A DNA stretch of 62,450 nucleotides, counting the filler, from Nemertoderma westbladi (lineage: Eukaryota > Animalia > Xenacoelomorpha): NCBI GenBank assembly GCA_032718475.1. It is 3 parts of 3 records of this genome, joined end to end, with 100 filler letters (N's around TTAATTAATTAA, not from the genome) between each part and the next. Parts side by side here need not be neighbours in the genome. Positions count along the whole stretch, not along the records: positions 25,435 to 54,172 come from JAUCBJ010000117.1; 2 more parts are not named here. One strand, written 5' to 3'. Of this stretch, positions 41,575-54,272 are shown in pieces; position 1 is the stretch's first letter; every line of letters starts with the position of its first letter. The translations under genes and the position numbers were made by a program. The notes beneath the pieces are model-generated. The model did not search any database. It saw only the letters and a program-made list of their open reading frames with translations, and was not told where the DNA came from.

Positions 41575-44500
41575 AGATGAAGAACGGCCATGCCCATAGG
41601 TAAAGAACATACATGGGACGATGAACAACCACCATAGATAATTTAACATAGATGAAGAACGATCCGGCCATAGATGCAGACCGATCATAGATGTAGGACG
41701 ACCATAGAGGTAGAACGGCCATATATGTAGAACGGCCATAGATGTAGAACGGCCATAGATGTAGAACGACGACCATAAATGTAGAACGACCATAGATGTA
41801 GAACGGCCATAGATGTAGAACGGCCATAGATGTAAAACGGCTATAGATGTAGAACGGCCATAGATGTAGAACGACCATAGATGTAGAACGGCCATAGATG
41901 TAGAACGACGACCATAAATTTAGAACGACCATAGATGTAGAACGGCCATAGATGTAGAACGGCCATAGATGTAGAACGGCCATAGATGTAGAACGACCAT
42001 AGATGTAGAACGGCCATAGATGTAGAACGACGACCATAAATGTAGAACGGCCATAGATGTAGAACGACGACCATAAATGTAGAACGACCATAGATGTAGA
42101 ACGGCCATAGATGTAGAACGGCCATAGATATAGAACGACCATAGATGTAGAACGGCCATAGATGTAGAACGACGACCATAAATGTAGAACGACCATAGAT
42201 GTAGAACGGCCATAGATGTAGAACGGCCATAGATGTAGAACGCTCATATATGTAGAACGGCCATAGATGTAGAACGACGACCATAGATGTAGAACGGCCA
42301 TAGATGTAGAACGGCCATAGATGTAGAACGACCATAGATGTAGAACGGCCATAGATGTAGAACGGCCATAGATGTAGAACGGCCATAGATGTAGAACGGC
42401 CATAGATGTAGAACGACCATAGATGTAAACGGCCATAGATGTAGAACGGCCATAGATGTAGAACGACCATAGATGTAGAAAGGCCATAGATGTAGAACGA
42501 CCATAGATGTAGAACGGCCATAGATTTAGAGTGGCCGTAGATGTAGAACGGCCATAGATGTAGAATGGCCATATATGTAGAACGGCCATAGATGTAGAAC
42601 GGCCATAGATGTAGAACGGCCATAGATGTAGAACGGCCATAGATGTAAAACGGCCAAAGATGTAGAACGGCCATAGATGTAGAACGGCCATAGATGTAGA
42701 ACGACCATAGATGTAGAACGACCATAGATGTAGAACGGCCATAGATGTAGAACGACCATAGATGAAGAACGGCCATAGATGTAGAACGGCCATAGATGTA
42801 GAACGACCATAGATGTAGAACGGCCATAGATGTAGAACGAGCATAGATGAAGAACGGCCATAGATGTAGAACGGCCATAGATGTAGAACAACCATAGATG
42901 TAGAACGACCATAGATGTAGATTGGTCGTAGATGTAGCACGACGACCATAGATGTAGAACGGCCATAGATGTAGAACGGCCATAGATGTAGACGACCATA
43001 GATGTAGACGACCATAAATGTAGAACGGCCATAGATGTAGAACGGCCATAGAAGTAGAAAGACGAACATAGATGTAGATTGGTCGTAGATGTAGAACGGC
43101 CATAGATGTAGAACGGCCATAGATGTAGAACGGCCATAGATGTAGAACGGCCATAGATGTAGAACGGCCATAGATGTAGAACGGCCATAGATGTAGAACG
43201 GCCATAGATGTAGAACGGCCAAAGATGTAGAACGGCCATAGATGTAGAACGGCCATAGATGTAGAACGGCCATAGATGTAGAACGGCCATAGATGTAGAA
43301 CGGCCATAGATGTAGAACGGCCATAGATGTAGAACGGCCATAGATGTAGAACGGCCATAGATGTAGAACGGCCATAGATGTAGAACGGCCATAGATGTAG
43401 AACGGCCATAGATGTAGAACGGCCATAGATGTAGAACGGCCATAGATGTAGAACGGCCATAGATGTAGAACGGCCATAGATGTAGACGACCATAGATGTA
43501 GACGACCATAGATGTAGAATGGCCATAGATGTAGAACGGCCATAGATGTAGAACGACCATAGATGTAGACGACCATAGATGTAGAATGGCCATAGATGTA
43601 GAACGGCCATAGAAGTAGAAAGACGAACATAGATGTAGATTGGTCGTAGATGTAGAACGGCCATAGATGTAGAACGGCCATAGATGTAGAACGGCCATAG
43701 ATGTAGAACGGCCATAGATGTAGAACGGCCATAGATGTAGAACGGCCATAGATGTAGAACGGCCTTAGATGTAGAACGGCCATAGATGTAGAACGGCCAA
43801 AGATGTAGAACGGCCATAGATGTAGAACGGCCATAGATGTAGAACGGCCATAGATGTAGAACGGCCATAGATGTAGAACGGCCATAGATGTAGAACGGCC
43901 ATAGATGTAGAACGGCCATAGATGTAGAACGGCCATAGATGTAGAACGGCCATAGATGTAGAACGGCCATAGATGTAGAACGGCCATAGATGTAGAACGG
44001 CCATAGATGTAGAACGGCCATAGATGTAGAACGGCCATAGAAGTAGAAAGACGAACATAGATGTAGATTGGTCGTAGATGTAGAACGGCCATAGATGTAG
44101 AACGGCCATAGATGTAGAACGGCCATAGATGTAGAACGGCCATAGATGTAGAACGGCCATAGATGTAGAACGGCCATAGATGTAGAACGGCCATAGATGT
44201 AGAACGGCCATAGATGTAGAACGGCCATAGATGTAGAACGGCCATAGATGTAGACGACCATAGATGTAGAACGGTCATAGATGTAGAGTGGCCGTAGATG
44301 TAGAACGGCCATAGATGTAGAACGACCATAGATGTAGAACGGCCATACATGTAGACGACCATAGATGTAGACGACCATAGATGTAGAACGGCCATAGATG
44401 TAGAACGGCCATAGATGTAGAACGGCCATAGATGTAGAACGGCCATAGATGTAGAACGGCCATAGATGTAGAACGGCCATAGATGTAGAACGGCCATAGA

Positions 44501-45907
44501 TGTAGAACGGCCATAGATGTAGAACGGCCATAGATGTAGAACGGCCATAGATGTAGAACGGCCATAGATGTAGAACGGCCATAGATGTAGAACGGCCATA
44601 GATGTAGAACGGCCATAGATGTAGACGACCATAGATGTAGAACGGTCATAGATGTAGAGTGGCCGTAGATGTAGAACGGCCATAGATGTAGAACGACCAT
44701 AGATGTAGAACGGCCATACATGTAGACGACCATAAATGTAGAACGGTCATAGATGTAAAGTGGCCGTAGATGTAGAACGGCCATAGATGTAGAACGACCA
44801 TTGATGTAGAACGGCCATACATGTAGACGACCATAGATGTAGACGACCATAGATGTAGAACGGCCATAGATGTAAAACGGCCATAGATGTAGAACGGCCA
44901 TAGATGTAGAACGGCCATAGATGTAGAACGGCCATAGATGTAGAACGGCCATAGATGTAGAACGACCATAGATGTAGACGACCATAAATGTAGAACGGTC
45001 ATAGATGTAAAGTGGCCGTAGATGTAGAACGGCCATAGATGTAGAACGACCATTGATGTAGAACGGCCATACATGTAGACGACCATAGATGTAGACGACC
45101 ATAGATGTAGAACGGCCATAGATGTAGAACGGCCATAGATGTAGAACGGCCATAGATGTAGAACGGCCATAGATGTAGAACGGCCATAGATGTAGAACGG
45201 CCATAGATGTAGAACGGCCATAGATGTAGACGACCATAGATGTAGAACGGTCATAGATGTAGAGTGGCCGTAGATGTAGAACGGCCATAGATGTAGAACG
45301 ACCATAGATGTAGAACGGCCATACATGTAGACGACCATAGATGTAGACGACCATAGATGTAGAACGGCCATAGATGTAGAACGGCCATAGATGTAGAACG
45401 GCCATAGATGTAGAACGGTCATAGATGTAGAACGGCCATAGATGTAGAAAGACCATAGATGTAGAACGGCCATAGATGTAGAACGGCCATAGATGTAGAC
45501 GACCATAGATGTAGACGACCATAGATGTAGAACGGTCATAGATGTAGAGTGGCCGTAGATGTAGAACGGCCATAGATGTAGAACGACCATAGATGTAGAA
45601 CGGCCATACATGTAGACGGCCATAGATGTAGAACGGCCATAGATGTAGAACGACCATAGATGTAGAACGGCCATAGATGTAGAATGGCCATAGATGTAGA
45701 ACGGCCATAGATGTAGAACGGCCATAGATGTAGAACGGCCATAGATGTAGAACGGCCATAGATGTAGAATGGCCATAGATGTAGAACGGCCATAGATGTA
45801 GAACGGCCATAGATGTAGAACGGCCATAGATGTAGAACGGCCATAGATGTAGAACGGCCATAGATGTAGAACGGCCATAGATGTAGACGACCATAGATGC
45901 AGAACGG
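41575..45907. repeat. 17-bp satellite (agaacggccatagatgt)n, ~4.3 kb, roughly 250 units, with higher-order variant cassettes
   Basis: Unit is directly visible; three units give the 17-aa periodicity of the spurious - strand ORFs. Confidence 0.98.
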
Positions 45908-46851
45908 AGGAGAATAAATGAGACAAAGAACAAGTGTTCAATTCGAAATACCAACGATGCACTTCATATATTATGTATTGTCTCCAAGAACTTAACTAAA
46001 AGCTTAGGGACTTAAGCCAACTGAGTTCAATAATTAATAGACGTAACTAACTACCACGAACCCATTTTAAAAGTTACTCTCTACGTACTACTATACTGTA
46101 TGTCTGTTGTTGAAAAAATAATGGGCTCTAGTACTAGAATGGCTCCCAATATTATTACAGTTGAACGGAATATGGAAACGCAATCAATAATAATTCCAGT
46201 GTGTCCACCAGTATCAACGGTAGCAGCTGTGAAGTAATGCTGACTATCCGTTTATACGTTATATACCGCGTAATTTACTGCACAACCATTAAACCCTGGC
46301 AACACAAATTCCTAATTAGTAGTACCAGAGATTTACTGAATATTTAAACAATATATTATACAATACTTGTACTCTTCCTAGTCACTTACAAATGAATAAT
46401 TTTAGTTCCAATATATTTGACAATCTCGCCTAGTATTCAATTATAATTACGTGTGAACACAAAATAACTATTATTATTTTATGTTACTTGGCGTATCTGC
46501 GATTATAATCACTCGGTCTCGGATTTAAAGAGTGCTAATTTTATTTTTATAACAATAATTTATAAATCATAGACTATTTATAATAAATTACATTTTATAT
46601 AGACTTTTATTTCAAATGCACCTATAAGCAGGTATGTCATTTCAATAACATTATTATTTGTATAACAATGTATCCATGCACATGCAAAACAGTATATTTG
46701 CGATGTTTGGAAAAGATGTTAAAGGTAAACAAACTTATTTCATAATTATTAGTATCGGTCCCTTAATACTGTATATAGTTTTGAACTCCAGATTATCATT
46801 ATATATTAGATTATTACTATTAAGAGGGGGGGGGGGGGGGGGGGGGGGGTA

Positions 46852-47692
46852 CGGATAGATCATTTTACATAACACAAGCGAACACAGTAGAACACACTCC
46901 AAAAAACGCCGAACACTATCGAACACAGTCGAAAATAGAAAGAGCGCAAAAAAATAAGACCGGATACCAACTTTGAGATAAAATTAGCCCCGCGTTGCTT
47001 TTCTATAAGAAAATTCCCGAAATTATTGAATAAAATTGTCGCGAAATTAAATATTCATTTATTATCAGATCAGGCGTAGCAGCCTAAGCCGACAACTAAT
47101 AATTTAACATAGTAGTAGGCCTAAGTTAAGTGTGGATAGCACCTGGACAGAGATCCCTACCGGTGGTACCTGCCAGGGTAGGTACCTAACCGGGACCCAG
47201 CTCTTTATATTCCAGTGCAGCAGTAGGCAGGTAGGTACCGGTACCAGTACCTATGTTGTTCCGACGTGTTGTACCGTACATCATGTACACTACGTACGGT
47301 AACGGGCCTAACTTTCTAATTCATATCCTCCGCAATCAGTCCCAGACCAAGTTATTCCAGTACACAGGCAAAAAGGCATATTAGCTACCCGCTATTACTA
47401 TATTTATGTGACAGGTACGGTACCCGATAGGCTTCCCTACATAGTTTGTTATACAGTACAGCAGCACAACAAATGATAGGCCTTCCTGATATGAAATGGA
47501 TATTTAATTTCGCGACAATTTTATTCAATAATTTCGGGAATTTTCTTATAGAAAAGCAACGCGTGGCTAATTTTATCTAAAAGTTGGTATCCGGTGTTAT
47601 TTTTTTGTGCTCTTTATATTTTCGATTGTGTTCGGCAGTTTTTGGAGTGTGTTGGGGTGTGTTCGCTTGTGTTCTGTAAAATGAACTATCCG
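46852..47692. mobile_element. Foldback/MITE with ~200-bp inverted arms (46852-47060, 47494-47692)
   Basis: cggatag...ttgtcgcgaaattaaatat and atatttaatttcgcgacaa...ctatccg are reverse complements around a unique spacer; left flank is TTAA plus a G run. Confidence 0.85.
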
Positions 47693-49090
47693 GGGGCTAC
47701 CCCCTCAGGAGACAATTTTTTAATTTTTAAAACAGCTCAAACTTAATGTGGTAGGTCAGTAGCAACAAAAATGGAAGTTGGAAATTTTTTTATCTCCCTC
47801 TAGCTGCGAATTGTGGAATTAAATATTTCACTAAAAACACTAACTAGTCCCTTAATATTTATCAAAATGTTTTTAAACCAACTTTTTTGGACTCAGCACC
47901 TTCGAATCAACAAAAGCTCAACAGCCGGTTTTTAAAATTATAAACTTTTAATTAAATTAATTAATTTTAATTAATTAAATAAATTATGTTTAGCATTATG
48001 GACTCATATCACCTCTCTAAAATTATCAATATGGGGTTTACGGGGTCGGTGATTTCATTTTCGACGTCAGTTTTAATGTTTGGTGGTATCTAATGTCTGT
48101 CTGGCAGTTTGTCTGTTTGTCTTCTAAATTGTAACGGACAAATCGGTTGACGGAAAGACAGCGGTAACTTGAAAACTAAAAAAAGATCTCGCCAAGCCGT
48201 TTTAAAACCAAAAAGTGATACTTTTAGCCAAGGAGGGGTTTCCTTAATAGAAATTCGCACCATAACGTAAAACGGAGACAGGCCTACTATTTACTGAGAA
48301 TTGAACTATAGTATTGATGGGGTTTCCCCCAGTAAAATAACATTAGTGGGCGTATTTTAAAATGTGAGTTAATAGTTTTAAAGTACATTAAAGGCCTACA
48401 CCGAATTAAAAAACAATTAAATTAAAAAGGGTCTTAAAAATAATAGGTAAATGTTCCATTAAAAGGGCCATGCTAATTATGCTATTAAGTGAAAAAGATA
48501 ACAGGGACAGACTGAATGTGAATATTAGACAGCTGGTAGGCCTATAGGGTACAAATAATCTACGGTATAATACTGTAGAATTACGATTTCTACAGTTCAT
48601 TAAAACACAGCTGAAACAACACACTGACTGACCAGCAATATGGATTTATCAATCGAGTAATGCTTAATGAAATATCTACAAAATAAACGCAATAATTTTT
48701 ATTGTCCGTTTAAATCCTTTTTTTTGTCCTTTTTTTGACTTTTTATGTCCTCCAGAAATCTACCGTTAGGTTCCATGCTACCGGTTTCTCTACTGCTGTT
48801 CTCTCAGGCTATCAGTACCGGTATTAGTATATATAGCACTATTTTGCAGTATTGCTGTATTGTATGTATAGATGTAGGTATAAAGCAGGTATTTTAGGTA
48901 TTTTAGTACCGGTACCGGCACCGGTACTGCTGTAGGCCACTGTGTAGCCTACCATTTAAATACGGTAATGGTAGGCCTACCGGCTGACCAGTTGTGCTAA
49001 TTAATTTTAAATAATTGATAGGCCAAACTGGATTGTGGAAAATGTGGATATACCTTTCACATAATTTATCAGTTTTATAATGGATCATTT

Positions 49091-49670
49091 ATCGTTTATT
49101 GTTTTGGTTAGGAAATCCCGCCTCTGTAACCTGCTCCTTTCCCTCAATTAGTTAAGTGATCGTTTATTGTTTTGGATAGAAAATCCCGCCTCTGTAACCT
49201 GTTCCTTTCCCTCAATTAGTTAAGTGATCGTTTATTGTTTTGGTTAGGAAATCACGCCTCTGCAACCTGCCCCTTTCTCCCAATTGGTAATGTCATCGTT
49301 TATTGTTTTGGTTAGAAAATCCCGTCTCTGGAACCTGCTCCTTTCCCTGATTTTGTAAAGTGACTGTTTATTGTTTTGGTTAGAAAATCCCGCCTCTGTA
49401 ACCTGCTCCTTTCTCTCAATTGGTAATGTTATCGTTTATTGTTTTGGTTAGAAAATCCCGTCTCTGTAACCTGCTCCTTTCCCTGATTTGCCGCCTCTGT
49501 AACCCGCTCTTTTCCCTCAATTAATTAAATGATGGTTTATTGTTTTGGTTAGAAAGGCCCGCCTCTGTAACCTGCTCCTTTCCTTCTTTTGGTAAAGTGA
49601 ATGTTTATTGTTTTGGTTAGAAAATCCGGCCTTAACCTGCTCCTTTCCATCAATTGGTAATTGTTTTTGG
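49091..49670. repeat. 68-bp tandem array, ~8 copies
   Basis: atcgtttattgttttggttag.aaatcccgcctctgtaacctgctcctttccc with period 68. Confidence 0.92.
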
Positions 49671-50626
49671 CTATAAAATGAGTGTTTTGCTACGTCATGT
49701 GGTAATCGATTATCGACAACAACCACAAACTATTAAATTTAGAGTCTTTTACCACAGGCGCATATGGAAATCTATCAGGCATAGTGAAACCAACTGTCCG
49801 ACTGACCAGAAATCAACAATTTGAATGTTTTGGCATAGGCATGTTGAAATCAACTGTCTGACAGTCCAGAAATCAGCAGTCTGACAGTTTGAAGAAATAC
49901 ATACATAAAAAGTCATTAAAAGGACAACAAAAGTCATTAAAGGGACAACAAAAGTCATTATGCACAATTCGTAAAAAAACGAGGACAAAAAAGTCAAATA
50001 AAAGGATATAAAAAATCACTGCCCAAAATAAATTGATCTAACGAGAATTAAGCCCTACATGGTTCGTATAAGTGATTCGCATTGGTACTAGGCCTACTGT
50101 ATATTTGCAATCGGGACCAAAAATTTTGATTTGCAATAATTTATCTGCCGCACAACATTAAATAAAATACCATCACTTGGAACTAATATTTTTTTAAAGT
50201 GAAACTCTGTTGGCCTTTGTTGACATCGCAATTACACGAAGTAGGGGCTTCGCGCAGCACGTGTCCTAAACTTATGTTAAGTATCAACTCGAAAGAATTA
50301 ATTATAAGCAAAATCTAGTAGATGTTCGTTCCCTGATAACTTTACCACCTAGAGGCAGACTGGGGTACTGCAATCCATTTAAGACCTCCGAAAACTCAGT
50401 CTGTGGTCTACAATATAAGTGCCAGGTATTAACCAGGAAGAAAGGATTATAACTCCCGAGATATTACTGTCCTAACAAAGACGCAGTCTGGGGATGGTTT
50501 ACGGTCTGACATTTATATCTGACAAGTTTCGTTTTGAATTAAGTAAAAGCAAAGAATGGGAGGAACACTAATTAAGCATAACGTCTTATATTCTAGCATA
50601 GAGCCGATATCGGTTGAGAAACTACG

Positions 50627-52807
50627 ATGGAAGACAAATTTACCAAAGATGGTGATAATAAATCGGATACCAAAGGGAATGTGGTGGACACCGCTGGTGT
50701 AACTGCACCACATTGCGGGCCGTGTAATCTGACCTTAGCGGCATTCAAACTATTCTTCTTCTGCTTCTTTGGAGGAATAGGAGCTGTGATGCCCTATTTA
50801 TCGATTTATTACAAACAGGTAGGCATCATTGCACTAGTTATAACTCGTATAATTAGTTCTTACTTTTCATTACTTAAAAGTGAAACATTAACTTAAAGGA
50901 AGAACAGGAGTCTTACACCCCCAATAAAAAATATAGAATCAGGACATTTAGCCCAAAATATACGTCTCGACCCCTAGGGTCATCGAAGAACAACACACAA
51001 ACAAATATAAATAAATGCTAAACATACAGGTATGTGTCGCAACCCTAACCCTAGGCCTAGCCGCCATACACTAAATGATACCGTTAATAAACTGCACAAT
51101 AGCTAAGCCTATATTCTATAAGAAAATAATATATGACATTTTGTCGACATGTCGAAAAGGGTAAGAATAGGTCAAAAATAATTAATTTGTAAAAAATAAA
51201 TGCGTTTCAGGTGTCTCGGACCAGTACGCGCTAATCCTCGACACCCTCGTCAGCTGGACAGGGGATTAGCCAAGCCTATCTATATTGCACCAATGACCTA
51301 AATTAATTGCACCATCAAATCAGTGACCCCCTAGCCCAAACAGACATCAGACCACAGAAACCCTATAGGCCTATGGTATGTAAATATGTTACCAATGGAA
51401 AACTGGTAGAGTGCTAGGGCACACACACAGTACAAAATTTATATAAGATTTTATGGTTTGCAGTAATGTCGGAATTGTGCTCCACTTTCATAAGATGATA
51501 ATTGATGTTAACGACATACTGACTAACGGGGGGTGGTTATGTATATATTAACTTAAAGGAAGAACAGGAGTCTTACACCCCCAATAAAAAATATAGAATC
51601 AGGACATTTAGCCCAAAATATACTTCTCGACCCCTAGGGTCATCGAAGAACTATCGAACAACCCCCTGTTAGTCAGTATGTCGTTAACATCAATTATCCT
51701 CTTAGAAAAGTGAAACATGTTAGAAATGCATAATGTGTAGAATATTACTACAATAATTAAAACTAAAATTAATGATTTTGGAGTGAACCAGATCCTCAAC
51801 TATCATAAAACCAACACAATTCTGCTTCAGGTCGGCCTTACTGCGGCACAAATTGGAATTGTCTCTGGATTGCGCCCATTCGTTGGATTCCTCAGTGGTC
51901 CGCTATGGGGCGCGTTCGCTGATAAATTTGCTAAGAGACGAATAATGTTACTAATTTCTCTGGTTGGGTGGATTGCCGCATTGCTGGCAATAGGATTTAT
52001 ACCTCCAGCTGACTTTGACCCAGAATGTCCATTTCCGCGTAAGTAAAAAATATATGGGAGATTTTAATTCAACAGACTTTCTTCTGTTATACTTTAATTT
52101 ACACTTTCCAGTTTACCTCCAATGTCTGGTTGATATTTAAAAAAATACAAATTTTTCAAAAATAAAATTCAAAGAAAATTTCAATCAAAAAGTGAAACCT
52201 AGTATTCTCAACATGGGGCGAAGTAAAAAGTGTTTTGTTTAAGTGCAAAGGCGATACTACTGAAATAAATTATCAATATTACTACAGAAAGCACTGCACA
52301 GCTGAATTAAATTCCCAAAAAAACCAAAGTAACTTACAGCTGAATAAATGCCCAACTGCAGAGTCGGAGTGGATACAGAGCCTTGCCTTCTTTCACAATA
52401 ATGTTGGCGGCGCTGGTTCAAATCCGACTGAAAGCTGTAGAAATTTCGCACTAATTTAGATTTACCTTAGCGCTAACCGCTTACGCAAACCCAGCGGTAC
52501 AATGAACCCGGCTTGTGCTAGGAGAATAAATGATGATATAGTGTATTCAACATTGGGAGTAAGTGTAGTCACCCACCCCCCCCCCCCCCCCCACCCTGTA
52601 TTGCAGATAACTGCCAAGAGAAATGAGCCTTCGGGTTGCCTGAGGTGTTTCGTTTTTCACATCCACCGATAACTTTGCATTTACTAAATTCCCAATATAT
52701 ACAAAGTAACTTGAATTTCAGCTGAATTAATGCCTAATATAACCGAAGACGTCAACGTTGTAAGACGAGGTGCCAATGGAAACCGCGACTCAATAGACAC
52801 ACGAGAT
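50627..52807 (+). CDS. MFSD6: MFSD6-like MFS transporter, 5' part; exons 50627-50818, 51831-52038, 52722-52807
   Basis: FKLFFFCFFGGIGAVMPYLSIYYKQ|VGLTAAQIGIVSGLRPFVGFLSGPLWGAFADKF matches the MFSD6 N-terminus; GT-AG introns in phase. The rest of the gene is not visible. Confidence 0.85.
50889..51705 (-). mobile_element. Penelope-like non-autonomous (retrozyme-like) insertion in MFSD6 intron 1
   Basis: 13-bp TSD aaaagtgaaacat (50876-50888, 51706-51718); 105-bp direct repeat (50887-50991, 51547-51651, one mismatch); 44-bp inverted segment (51491-51534 vs 51661-51704); hammerhead-like cores. Confidence 0.7.
51202..51270 (-). ncRNA. Hammerhead ribozyme core with unusual topology
   Basis: The - strand reads gctaatcc cctgt ccag CTGACGA GGGTGTC gaggattagcgcgtactggtccga GACACCT GAAA cgc. 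Confidence 0.55.
52360..52432 (+). mobile_element. tRNA-like SINE head
   Basis: A-box-like gtcggagtgg and B-box ggttcaaatcc; not a canonical cloverleaf. Confidence 0.35.
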
Positions 52808-53457
52808 GTAAGTTTCTACATTTATTAGGCAAAATGTCAATATATATGTCTCCGTAGTATGAAACTTATTACTATTAAACTGAAACAAAATCAAGATGTG
52901 GTAAACAGGTCTAATGCAAAAGTGCAGGTCCTGTTGATAAATAATGACGTGTTATATGCAGGCCTACCTAAACTGGCGGCGGATTAATACAGTAACAATA
53001 TGCCAACGTCGTTATTATTATTGGATTGAAACGAATTGTAACAAAGAAGTAGAAAAGGTTTTCCACGCAATTTGAGTAAATTCAACCAAAAGGAGTGAGC
53101 AACATTATTACACCAAAACGAAATACAATATTAATTTTCTGTAGTTGAGCTTTATTCTCTACTTAAATACTCTGGAACACATATGTACATTGAGTGAGTA
53201 TGGCAGCATTATGAAGGACTAACATGTTTCAAGGCCTCCACCTGTACTGTACCGGTAAGTAGGTAGTTGTACAGTAGTACTGGTGCAGTGTTCTGTAACC
53301 TGCTCCTTTCCCTCAATTGGTAAAGTGGCCGTTTATTGTTTTGATTAGAAAAGCCTGCCTCTGTAGTAACCTGCTACTTTCCCTCAATTGGTTTATGAGG
53401 TGTGTTACTTACATTTGTGGAGGCCCCCAAACACGTTAATCCCGCATTATGATACGA

Positions 53458-54172
53458 CTACTACTACTACTACTAGGATCGGCATGCTGCATTGCAGCTG
53501 CATTTTTAAGAATGCTGTGCCGGCTTGTCAACAAAATTGCACCGCCACAACTCCCTATCACCCATGACATTTGCTAGATCATCCGCATCTTTAAGGCCAG
53601 TGTCCTTTAAGATGCGTCTCAAGAAAGTCATGGGCTGTCCACCATGCTTATTCACTCCATGAGGCTGCCAAAGTACAAGATTATGCACTGGCTGGTCCTC
53701 ACGGCGAAAGCAATGTCCTGCAAAGCGGAGGCGATTTTGTTCTAGTGTCAAGCTTGGGGGAACCAATGAGACACCTCCAATGTTATATAGTGTCTGGTTG
53801 GAGATGTGTGCATTGTACTTGACACAATGTACCCGGCGTAGCATTCTTGTGAATGTGCCATCCAGAGATTTGGTGTCCTCAGCAGTTAGAGCCCAGCATG
53901 GACTCCCATAGAGGAGTACTGGAACTACTGCTGCTCTAAATAATCGGACTTTAAGTTTCCGATTAATTCTAGGTGACTTCCAAATCCTGGAAAGCCTATT
54001 CAAGGCTGCCCATGCCTTTCCCTTACGTATTCGAAGGTCCTCACCTGACTTCCGGATCCATGATCCCAGGTAACAGAAGTCATCCACATGCTCAAGCATA
54101 CCATCCTTTGAGCTTATGCTCATCCGATCAGAGACTTGCTGAGGACTTTCAAAGTTAACTGTCAGAATTTTG
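53458..54172 (-). mobile_element. RTE-clade LINE 3' part, open frame, running into the gap
   Basis: VDDFCYLGS, LKVRLFRAAVVPVLLYGS, RMLRR and RLRFAGHCFR motifs; stop at 53506; (TAG)n tail. Confidence 0.9.
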
Positions 54173-54272
54173 NNNNNNNNNNNNNNNNNNNNNNNNNNNN
54201 NNNNNNNNNNNNNNNNTTAATTAATTAANNNNNNNNNNNNNNNNNNNNNNNNNNNNNNNNNNNNNNNNNNNN
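54173..54272. other. Artificial scaffold spacer
   Basis: 44 N + TTAATTAATTAA + 44 N. Confidence 0.95.

Noticed and set aside
41422-45962. Very long ORFs (up to 1055 aa) of MAVLHLWPFYIYGRSTS repeats
   Set aside because: By-product of a 17-bp satellite that lacks stops on one strand; all three frames are open and frame-breaking 16- and 20-bp variants are common.
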